A stretch of 64,000 nucleotides of DNA, taken from positions 1,664,001 to 1,728,000 of the forward strand of contig JBJBDL010000003.1 in assembly GCA_047285305.1 (NCBI GenBank), read 5' to 3'. Origin of the DNA: Synechococcus sp. (GTDB lineage Bacteria; Cyanobacteriota; Cyanobacteriia; PCC-6307; Cyanobiaceae). A program made the translations under genes and the position numbers. Of the stretch, positions 48,368 through 57,135 are shown piece after piece; the first letter of the stretch is position 1, and each line of letters starts with the position of its first letter. The notes under the pieces are model-generated. The model did not search any database and was not told the DNA's origin. It was given only the letters and a program-made list of their open reading frames with translations.

Positions 48368-49323
48368 ATCAAATGAATATCTTTGACGTCATCATCATTG
48401 GTGGAGGACCAGCGGGTTGTTCTTGTGCATTGTATACAGCAAGGTCAAATCTATCGACAATTATCCTTGACAAAAATCCAGCTGTTGGTGCACTTGCTAT
48501 CACTCACAAAATTGCAAACTATCCGGGTGTGGAAGGAGACACATCAGGTGAGGAATTATTAAAAACAATGAGAGTTCAAGCAATAAACTATGGAGCAGAA
48601 TACAAGCAGGCTCAAGTTTATGGAATCAGCATGACTGATTCAGAGAAGACTGTATATACACCAGAGGGAACATTTGTAGGCAAAACATTGGTTCTTGCAA
48701 CAGGTGCAATGGGTAGAGCATCAACACTTCCCGGTGAGAACGAATTTCTTGGTAAAGGGGTCAGTTATTGTGCAACTTGTGACGGAGCTTTTTATAAAAA
48801 CCAAGAAGTAGCTGTCTATGGATCAAATCATGAAGCCATTGATGAGGCACTTGTACTCACAAAATTTGCATCAATAGTACATTGGATTACCAATAATAAA
48901 CCAAACGCAAATTCTCCAGCAGTAGAAATCCTTCTCAATTCTAAAAATGTGAAGCACTGGAAGCGCACTAGGCTCACCTCCATACAAGGAGATGACCATG
49001 GAGTAAATGCTATCAAAGTTCAATCATCTGGAGGTCGTGAAGAGCAGATAATCCAAGTTCAAGGTGCTTTCGTCTACTCCACAGGTTCTCTGCCCATCAC
49101 CGATTATCTACAAGAACAGGTACCGGTCAACCCAAATGGTGGAGTTCGAGTAAACAGCGACATGATGACAAGTCTCGAAGGAGTCTGGGCAATCGGCGAT
49201 ATCCGCAATACACCCTTTAAACAGGCTGTTGTTGCTTGCTCTGATGGATGCATTGCAGCGATGGCAATTGACAAGTATTTGAATCAACGGAAGGAGGTCC
49301 GGGTGGATTGGGTGCATCGATAA
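48364..49323 (+). CDS. trxB: Flavin thioredoxin reductase (NADPH motifs absent)
   Basis: IIGGGPAG, ATGA, GVSYCATCDG, AIGD and C-terminal DWVH. Confidence 0.88.
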   Translation: MNQMNIFDVIIIGGGPAGCSCALYTARSNLSTIILDKNPAVGALAITHKIANYPGVEGDTSGEELLKTMRVQAINYGAEYKQAQVYGISMTDSEKTVYTPEGTFVGKTLVLATGAMGRASTLPGENEFLGKGVSYCATCDGAFYKNQEVAVYGSNHEAIDEALVLTKFASIVHWITNNKPNANSPAVEILLNSKNVKHWKRTRLTSIQGDDHGVNAIKVQSSGGREEQIIQVQGAFVYSTGSLPITDYLQEQVPVNPNGGVRVNSDMMTSLEGVWAIGDIRNTPFKQAVVACSDGCIAAMAIDKYLNQRKEVRVDWVHR

Positions 49324-49345
49324 AAAAAGCGCCCTCTCGGGCGCC
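49322..49345 (-). terminator. Intrinsic terminator
   Basis: GCGCCC-loop-GGGCGC followed by T7 on the minus strand. Confidence 0.75.
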
Positions 49346-49368
49346 TACAGTTCAGTAATAAATTACGT

Positions 49369-49878
49369 TCAGGCCTCAGCGTTTATTTGCTGAACCCAGG
49401 CCTGCAAACGTTGATCTGTCAATTCAGACTCATTGTCTTCATCGATTGCAAGTCCGCAGAACTTACCATCAATAATGCTCTTTGAATCATCATAGGTATA
49501 CCCTTCTGTGGAAACCTTACCAATCAACTTGGCACCAGATTGAAGAAAAGCCGTATACAGTTCCTCCATGGCATCACAGAAAAAATCCGAATAACCGGAA
49601 GAGTCACCAAGGCCTACGATTGCGACTGATTTACCGGCAAAATCCTTGTCAGGAATTTCCTGAACCAGATCATCCCAGGCTGTTCCTGACCGTGCTTCAT
49701 CAGCGCCTGTATTCCAGGTTGGAACACAACAAATTAACGACTCAGCTGCAACCAACTCATCAATTGAGTCGATGTTGTCAACATCCTTCGCTTCTGTTCC
49801 AGGAAGAAGCTCCTTGAGTCGATCAGCCACATCCTCAGTTTTACCAGTAGATGTGGCAAAGAAAATAGTGAAAGTCAT
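49369..49878 (-). CDS. isiB: Long-chain flavodoxin
   Basis: TSTGKTE, PTWNTG, GLGDSSGY.D.FCDA and GLAIDEDNE. Confidence 0.95.
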   Translation of the reverse strand: MTFTIFFATSTGKTEDVADRLKELLPGTEAKDVDNIDSIDELVAAESLICCVPTWNTGADEARSGTAWDDLVQEIPDKDFAGKSVAIVGLGDSSGYSDFFCDAMEELYTAFLQSGAKLIGKVSTEGYTYDDSKSIIDGKFCGLAIDEDNESELTDQRLQAWVQQINAEA

Positions 49879-50472
49879 GCAAAAGAAATCACCAATCAAG
49901 AATCGCAAATCATCGCTCTCCCGAATTAACGCTTGTTTCAACTGCAGGTGAAATCAGTTACATCCAGACACCTCATCCACCTCGTTCTGCCAGACAAATT
50001 CTTATCTAAGACTGTCTAAGGCGATTCAAAGACTCACGATACTCCGATAATGCTTGATCAAATCCTGTCTCACGGATACGTTTGAGCCAACGGAGACGAA
50101 CCAAGTCATCCTGTTCAATATGGTCAATGAATTCTTCGAGTATGGCTGATCCAACAAGCATGTCGAACATTGAAGACCAATGCCAAACTTTAAATAGTAT
50201 TTTGAACGGCGATCAGTCAAATGATTCTTTTGACTCGATCTTAAGCAATACTGCATTAAAGCAAATAAAAGCAAAAATGATACGCTCTCGGAAAATTTAT
50301 CAAAAGAGATCCTAATTCGATTCTTTTTTGAGAATAAAGCTAACAAATCAACAAGATCATCAAAAAATACGCAACAATGAATAACCAAAAACTTTCCAAA
50401 CTACGTACACCTAGGCAATAAAAATTCTATTGGACAACCGTTAAGGCAGCCTAAAAACACTAGAGAATCAGT

Positions 50473-50763
50473 TCAAGAAAGGTGATATGTGAGTTGAGCT
50501 GTTAACAGGCAACGAGACAGTAATTCTTCCAGCAAACATTTCTGTGTGGACTGAGAATCAAGAGAATGACTAATCACAACCAAAGAGTCTTTCATAGCCA
50601 AACATCTCGTACGGTAAAAAGATATTTCTGCAACGAGGCGGTCTTTAAGCTGAGGATGCTGACAATGCTGTATTGAACGACTCGCACATTGAATTCGCAT
50701 CCGCATCCATTCAGCCTCTCTGCAGAGATCGCCAAGAACACCAAAGGAATTCACGATCTTCAA
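50473..50763 (-). CDS. Hypothetical helical protein
   Basis: 96 aa overlapping the stop of the Crp gene. Confidence 0.6.
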   Translation of the reverse strand: MKIVNSFGVLGDLCREAEWMRMRIQCASRSIQHCQHPQLKDRLVAEISFYRTRCLAMKDSLVVISHSLDSQSTQKCLLEELLSRCLLTAQLTYHLS

Positions 50764-51362
50764 AATTGGAGTGGTGAAGAGTTGATGAGGTCAGGTGCAA
50801 TACGCATCGTGACATCACCAGACGACATGGCGATCATGTCGGCTTGACGCCATTTCGAGAGAAGACGGGTTGTCGTCACCCGGGTAGCACCAATCAACTC
50901 ACCAAAACGATCATGGGTAAGACGGAAGGGAAGCTGATAGGCATCGCTGCAACGAAGTCCAAGCCGGTTGACCAGGAGGGCCAGAAGAGCGTGAAGCCGC
51001 TGTTCAGCCTGACCCAGATGACGGACTCTTAGGAGCTGCAAGGTCCACTCATTGACTGCGTCAATGCCGAATTCGTCCGTGGAGACGGAATCACGACGAA
51101 ACTTAAGCGCCGTGAGTGCCTCAACACAGGCCCCGTCACTGCACATGCGATCAGTGCGAAGCCTGTCGCCTGACTGCAAAAACGCCAAGGTCATTCCCTC
51201 GGTTTCCTCACAAGGGCAATACACCCGGCAGACACCCTCCAACACTTCCAGAACGGTGGCCTGGTCTCGACCGGCAGGGTCCAGCAGAACGGTTTGAAGC
51301 CTTGGCATCGACAAAGGTGCCGCTGGATCATCCGGCAAGAAACGGTAGGCAGACGTCGTCAC
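50760..51362 (-). CDS. Crp family transcriptional regulator (IdiB-like)
   Basis: VLEGVCR, EGMTLAFL and LTHDRFGELIGATRVTTTRLL. Confidence 0.88.
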   Translation of the reverse strand: MTTSAYRFLPDDPAAPLSMPRLQTVLLDPAGRDQATVLEVLEGVCRVYCPCEETEGMTLAFLQSGDRLRTDRMCSDGACVEALTALKFRRDSVSTDEFGIDAVNEWTLQLLRVRHLGQAEQRLHALLALLVNRLGLRCSDAYQLPFRLTHDRFGELIGATRVTTTRLLSKWRQADMIAMSSGDVTMRIAPDLINSSPLQF

Positions 51363-51373
51363 GAACTATCGCG

Positions 51374-51461
51374 ATTGAGAATTACTCGCAACAGTACAGA
51401 CTCCTTGTCGATATTGCAAGTCATTCTCAATAAGACCCTCAAATTGAGATTCTTTCTCAAT
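51374..51461. promoter_or_regulatory. Three tandem Fur-like boxes
   Basis: ATTGAGAATTACTCGCAA 51374, ATTGCAAGTCATTCTCAAT 51413 and ATTGAGA-N5-TCTCAAT 51443. Confidence 0.75.
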
Positions 51462-51969
51462 ACGCTGCAGGCCAACTCCATCCGTACTCAGAAGAAGTGA
51501 GCGGAGCAGCTGAGCATCGCCCTGAATTCGAAGCATCGGCTCGATGTGGATATGGCCCAGTACACCTCGCTAACTGAGTGACCAATGGATCGCTTACAAC
51601 GCTGAGGCGTTCTTATTGAGCGTTTGCGCTGTATTTCCTTGTCAAAACACAAGGAACGCAGCTTTTGTTGTGATCAGCCTCCCCCGCCTGCTGCAATGGG
51701 AAAAAGCTCAGCATTTGGACGGTACAGATAAAAGCAAGTCAAGGAACGGCTGATGCTGCTGGGGTCCACGAAGGAGAGCCACCTCTTGGCTATTCGAGAG
51801 TCATCAGGTGTATGAACAGCACACTGGTCAATCCCATCAACGAACCAACCCATAACCACTACTGGATTGCCCTCAGAAAAGAGGGGTGGGTGGTGTCACC
51901 AACCGCTACCTTGCCACCTCTCGGAGGGTCGCCACCATCTCCTCATCAACACAACGATCAGCCAATCAC

Positions 51970-52885
51970 AAGTGAAATCATTGTCACGAAACCTAGAGTC
52001 CCCCACTAAGTGGTTCCTCCATTGACCGTTGGGCGCTTGTTCAGGGTCTGAATGCTCTTCACAAGCGGGGGGCTCGATCAGCGATTTGGCTTGCGACAAC
52101 ATTCGGGTGACTCATTTAGCCATTGCCACCAACTCATCTGTATCGCGTCTCATTCCCAACAGGGGTGATTGTGTCTAAGGAGTCCCCAAACCTCCATCCA
52201 ATGGCTTAAACCCTTGCCATTGGGCGCTGGAGCGACCTGACTCCCACTCTGGCGAGCGGGGAGTCAGATCAGCGTTTGACGGGTGACTTGAACACGCAAA
52301 ACAAAATCTCGGAGTTGCTGGAATTGGTCGCCGCGATTGTCGGCACAGCAGGGCTGGTTGCCGGAAACCTTTTGCTGTATTCACCTTTGCAGGTGGACAA
52401 CCAGATAAAGCTCTAGGCCCTCCAACTCAACCTGGGACAGCAGCTCGTCCAGTGTTCTTGTGAACAGTTGTGGACGTTGGCGAGGCTCATTTGATCACTG
52501 CCAAACGCTCTTAAGAGCAGTCAGTAGCAATGGAAGGTGAGATTGTGGTATCGGAGGTCCACCTCCATCCAATGGCAACTGCATGACCATTGGGCGCTGA
52601 TAACACCACTGACTCCCTCTCTGACGATGCGGGGAGTCAGATCAGCGTTATTTCATTCCAAAAATGTCAAAGCTGATCTGACAGGCAAATCAACATCATC
52701 TGGCGTGAGCCGTGAAATGGATTGAGACTAGTCAGACAAATCCACGCATATCATCTGCATGAATGGTTGTATCCAGAGCTATCTCAGTCTGTTCACACTA
52801 CTGACTCCTCTCCTATAAGTGGACAGGAGGCGAGACTAAAGGCACAGAGGAGAAGAAACCAATCATCGATTCATTTGACGGGTGA
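51970..52885. ncRNA. Array of 3-4 related multi-hairpin elements
   Basis: Repeats at ~52161-52290 and ~52535-52650 with conserved stems and variable loops; degenerate copies at ~51970-52112 and ~52795-52885. Confidence 0.6.
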
Positions 52886-53064
52886 AATTAGATGGTTTGT
52901 ACGCGCACTCTGAGAAAACCCAGCCAATATGCATTTGAAGGTTCTCGCGAGGCACCTTCATCCGATGACTAATCCGGGTCATCGCACTGGGGTTACAACT
53001 GGCTCCTCAACTCAACCAGGGGGGTCAGTCCAGTTGCTTGCTCCTAGAAATGGAATGAAACATT

Positions 53065-53265
53065 ATGGCCAAAAGCAAAGGCGTTCGCATCGTTGTCACA
53101 CTGGAATGCACCGAATGCAGAACAGCGACTGCTGCTGAAAAACGCAGCCCTGGAGTCTCTCGCTATACAACAACTAAAAACCGAAGAAACAATCCTGAAA
53201 GGTTCGAATTGATGAAATTCTGCCCTCAACTCAACAGGATGACACTTCATCGCGAGATAAAATAA
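53065..53265 (+). CDS. rpmG: 50S ribosomal protein L33 (orphan copy)
   Basis: [14 protein letters not shown]...[21 protein letters not shown]...HREIK. Confidence 0.93.
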   Translation: MAKSKGVRIVVTLECTECRTATAAEKRSPGVSRYTTTKNRRNNPERFELMKFCPQLNRMTLHREIK

Positions 53266-53545
53266 GAGATAAATATTTAATACTCAAAGACGTTGCTCAA
53301 CAAATGAGACCGCTTCAAAAGCAAAATTTAGTTATCTAAAATGTTATATCCAAACATGCTCAAATCCATTACTTAAGAAAATCATTTTATACCAGAAATA
53401 CCAAAAGCAAGAACCAGATGTAGAGCAACGAACGAAACAGATCACTGAGGCATCACAAATCAATCAATACCAACATCGATCAGTAGAATTTGGGGCAGAA
53501 ATTGATCCCAGCAGTAGCTAGCTTACACAAAGCATCAATCTATTC

Positions 53546-53752
53546 ATGACTAACATTGAAGCCTTCGCGCACATCATTGACCTCGCCAACAGAACGACTG
53601 ACACTACAACTTACGAGTATTTAATGAGAGAAGCGCAGGAAATAATGCTCGACAAAAACACGAAAGATATAGATTATTGTGATTTTAGACAATTGGTGAA
53701 AGAGCGGCTCCAGAATCAAATACTTAAAGCAAAAGAGCAAGGCCACAAATAA
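53546..53752 (+). CDS. Small hypothetical protein
   Basis: 68 aa ORF in AT-rich DNA. Confidence 0.55.
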   Translation: MTNIEAFAHIIDLANRTTDTTTYEYLMREAQEIMLDKNTKDIDYCDFRQLVKERLQNQILKAKEQGHK

Positions 53753-54189
53753 GTGGAAAACAGCAAACATTCATTAGCACTATCCTGCGACCGATGAATA
53801 CGGTGACATAGTCAGAAAGCACACTTTTACGGGATAATTAAGGTACTGTAATGCTATAGATCGTCATCTTCCCATTAATTACAAACTTTAGACTTTTTCA
53901 AAAATAGCATCACTTACATTGGTGTGCATCAATTAAAACGTGCTACTGCAGCATGTGAAAGACAAGAATCAGTTCACAACGCGATGATTAGATAGGACAG
54001 TTCACTTCAGCCGGAGCTGTTCAAACAATGATTCTGATGATATCAGTTTCATTGGGCGTCATCTGGCTCTTCTTCCCTCCAGGTTCAAGAGCCAGAGTGT
54101 CGCTTTAACCAAACCAGAATAGTTGATTGGTCTTATCTTTGCCCATCAATAACTGGCGTTGATGTTTTCTACTTCTCACCATCAACACA

Positions 54190-54390
54190 ATGTCTCAAAA
54201 AACATCCCGGTTTTCAAAACTTGATGCATCGGTATTAGAAGCACAAATGCGCTGCGGAACGGAATGGCCGATAGGCCTTGTTGATGCAATTGCAGAAGCC
54301 CATCGGACCACAGTTCAAAATGTCATTGAGCGTCAACGTGTTTTAAGGTTAACGGAACCACACGATCATAAATTAAACGTTTATTTTTGA
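54190..54390 (+). CDS. Small hypothetical protein
   Basis: 66 aa ORF. Confidence 0.5.
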   Translation: MSQKTSRFSKLDASVLEAQMRCGTEWPIGLVDAIAEAHRTTVQNVIERQRVLRLTEPHDHKLNVYF

Positions 54391-54407
54391 GATTGTTTAG
54401 TTTTCCC

Positions 54408-54617
54408 ATGTCCTTATCAGGATTCGAAATTTCTGTAGGTGGAATCACATCAATTCCACTAACAAGCAGCTTGATTCTGCTTCTCTACAAAGCATTTGGC
54501 GAAAAACGACTGGATGCGAGCAAACTCAAACCAAAAGTAGCAACCAAAGCAATGCCTTCAACTCCTGAAAAAGAAAAAGGTGTCGACAAAACTATAGATT
54601 CACTGAAAGACAAATAA
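54408..54617 (+). CDS. Single-TM microprotein
   Basis: TM plus Lys-rich tail. Confidence 0.5.
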   Translation: MSLSGFEISVGGITSIPLTSSLILLLYKAFGEKRLDASKLKPKVATKAMPSTPEKEKGVDKTIDSLKDK

Positions 54618-54637
54618 GCATCTCAACCACCGATCTC

Positions 54638-55336
54638 GTGTCTAAAATTCTTATTTCATTGTTCACTGGATTACTTTTGAGTGCATGCGGTCTGAATGGA
54701 GAAACTGGTGCCTCCTCCAATGGTGGTCAGGCTGAAAACCCAGCGGACCAAAACACTAAAACACAAGTCATTGGCCTAACTTCAGAACCGAGTAGTGAGA
54801 AATCAACGTTGCTGGATTCCATCAAGGACGGAGGCTATGTCATTTATTTTCGTCATGCAACCACGGAGAGGGATTACGCAGACCAAGCTGATCCTCTGAT
54901 GAGCCTCGATGATTGTAGTTCTCAGAGAAAGCTGAGCACTCAGGGCATCAAAGAGTCCCACGAAATTGGCGTGGCCTTTGCTTCAAAAGCAATCCCAATC
55001 GGTGAAATTATTGTTAGTGAGTATTGCAGGTCATGGAAAACAGCAAACCTCGCATTTGGGGAATGGACCCAAAAAGACTCCCGATTAAATTTTTTACCTT
55101 ATAAAGATTACACCGAAGATCACATTGCACTGATGAAAAAGAATGCCATGCCTTTATTAACACGCCCACCTCTACCAGGAACCAACACAATCATTATCGG
55201 ACATGATGATCCTTTTGAGGCCGCAACAGGAATTTATCCTGAACCGCAAGGAATCGCATTTATCCTCCAGCCCGATGGGGGAAAAAGCTTCAAGATCATC
55301 GGTAGTGTGTTGCCTTCTGAGTGGGCAACACTCTGA
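54638..55336 (+). CDS. Histidine phosphatase family lipoprotein
   Basis: Lipobox LSAC, YFRHA, SEYCR..TA and IGH. Confidence 0.88.
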   Translation: MSKILISLFTGLLLSACGLNGETGASSNGGQAENPADQNTKTQVIGLTSEPSSEKSTLLDSIKDGGYVIYFRHATTERDYADQADPLMSLDDCSSQRKLSTQGIKESHEIGVAFASKAIPIGEIIVSEYCRSWKTANLAFGEWTQKDSRLNFLPYKDYTEDHIALMKKNAMPLLTRPPLPGTNTIIIGHDDPFEAATGIYPEPQGIAFILQPDGGKSFKIIGSVLPSEWATL

Positions 55337-55910
55337 GAAAGACAGCCACTCTGATCCTTGATCATTTGACTTGAAAGATGTTCAGGATCTAACATTCGCT
55401 TGCTAAGTTTCCAACACTCAAGGGAATACACAGCAGGATAATTGAATTGTCGACCTTGGACGGGTTTCGACAAAAATCAAAGTGATCTATCTCTCGTTAG
55501 GAATTTCGGGAGGTAGATTTTTTTTTGACAGTAGATCTTTAAAGAACTAGAGATGTGTAGCTGAAGCATGTCTTGCCCAAGCCTGCAAATCATGCAAACT
55601 CAAGAATAATCTAGAGAGCACTGCATTGTTTAGGCGGGTATATTTGATACAACTTCTGCGCTCAAATGGCTGCAATCAGACATCAAATTGGTCAGCTTGC
55701 CAGAGCAAAGATTTTTATCAAGTAGCTCATATCTTTCAATCCAAAGAATCAAATATTCCAAATTAATTACCCAAAAGATTGAACAAAAAATTCTTAAATC
55801 AAATGACTCTTTGAACGGTTAAATATGACTTACCCCTGCAAAGCTATGTAAAAGCAGATTTATTCGACAGACAGCACTCATTATGTTTTTCATGCCGCAT
55901 CCTTTTGAAA

Positions 55911-56948
55911 ATGCAGTCTTACGGAAGTTCATCAGTCAGTTATGACTGGTGGGCTGGAAATGCAGGAGTCGCGAAGCGCAGCGGTTCTTTCATTGCAGCC
56001 CACGCTGCCCATGCAGGTTTAATCATGTTTTGGGCAGGTGCATTCACCTTGTTTGAGTTGGCCCGTTATGACGGAACACTGCCAATGGGAGAACAAGGGC
56101 TGATTTTGATTCCACATCTCGCCGGCCTTGGCTTCGGCGTAGGGGAAAGCTCTGTAATCGTTGACCAACAACCCCTCATCGCGATCGCAGCATTCCATCT
56201 GGTTTCATCCGCTGTTCTTGGAGCAGCTGGAATCTGGCATACACTTCGAGCGCCCAAGGACCTTTCAGAAGCTGAAGGCCGCGCCCAAAAGTTTCACTTT
56301 GAATGGAGTGATAGCAAAAAGCTCACGTTCATCCTGGGGCATCACCTGATTTTTCTTGGCCTCGGAGCCATTGCCTTCGTTGAATGGGCAAAGCGCCATG
56401 GAATTTACGACAGCGCCATCGGAGCTGTTCGACGGGTTGAACCAAATATTGACCTCAGCATGGTGTGGGGTTATCAGGCTAATTTTCTCTCTATCAGTAG
56501 TCTTGAAGACGTGATGGGTGGCCATGCTGTTTTGGCTTTCATTCTCACGATTGGTGGTGTTTGGCATATCATCTCCAGCCCTTTCGGACCCTTCAAAAAG
56601 GTCTTGATCTACAACGGCGAATCGATCCTGTCTTACTCGCTTGCTGGTGTAGCTCTGATGGGATTTGTGACCGCCATTTGGTGTGCTCAAAACACAACAA
56701 TTTACCCCATTGAGTTGTATGGCGATCCATTGAAATTGAACTTCGCCTTCTCTCCCTACTTCAGCGACACAACTGCTCTTGAAGGTGGTGCCCACTCAGC
56801 CCGAGCTTGGCTGGCCAATACGCACTTCTACCTTGCATTCTTTTTCCTGCAAGGACATTTTTGGCATGCCTTACGCGGTATGGGCTTTAACTTCAAGCGT
56901 GTTTCTGAAGCGCTTGAAAACATGGGAAATTCCAAGGTCAGTGCCTGA
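55911..56948 (+). CDS. isiA: Iron-stress chlorophyll-binding protein (IsiA/Pcb family)
   Basis: YDWWAGNA, AAHAAHAGLIMFWAGA, ILGHHL, SLEDVMGGH, QGHFWHALR; lacks the CP43 large loop. Confidence 0.9.
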   Translation: MQSYGSSSVSYDWWAGNAGVAKRSGSFIAAHAAHAGLIMFWAGAFTLFELARYDGTLPMGEQGLILIPHLAGLGFGVGESSVIVDQQPLIAIAAFHLVSSAVLGAAGIWHTLRAPKDLSEAEGRAQKFHFEWSDSKKLTFILGHHLIFLGLGAIAFVEWAKRHGIYDSAIGAVRRVEPNIDLSMVWGYQANFLSISSLEDVMGGHAVLAFILTIGGVWHIISSPFGPFKKVLIYNGESILSYSLAGVALMGFVTAIWCAQNTTIYPIELYGDPLKLNFAFSPYFSDTTALEGGAHSARAWLANTHFYLAFFFLQGHFWHALRGMGFNFKRVSEALENMGNSKVSA

Positions 56949-56968
56949 TTAATCTGCCTTTTCTGATT

Positions 56969-57002
56969 TACCCCTCATCTCATTGAGATGGGGGGTTTCT
57001 TT
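56969..57002 (+). terminator. Intrinsic terminator after isiA
   Basis: CCCCTCATCTCA-T-TGAGATGGGGG followed by T-rich tail. Confidence 0.75.
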
Positions 57003-57135
57003 ATTGGTTTCATCATTAAGGCAAATATCCACCACAGCAGCCCCACGCATGAAAACGGTAAGAGGGCGCAGATCAACAAACCGATGGCAGGAGTCAGCCT
57101 CGGTTGACCTCGAATCAAGCGAAAGACCCCTCGGC

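Noticed and set aside
51970..52885. CRISPR array or hammerhead ribozyme
   Set aside because: The repeats are long, diverged and irregularly spaced with no cas genes. CTGACGA occurs in one copy only, without a properly placed GAAA core
55911..56948. psbC
   Set aside because: Too short, lacks the large lumenal loop, and no psbD upstream
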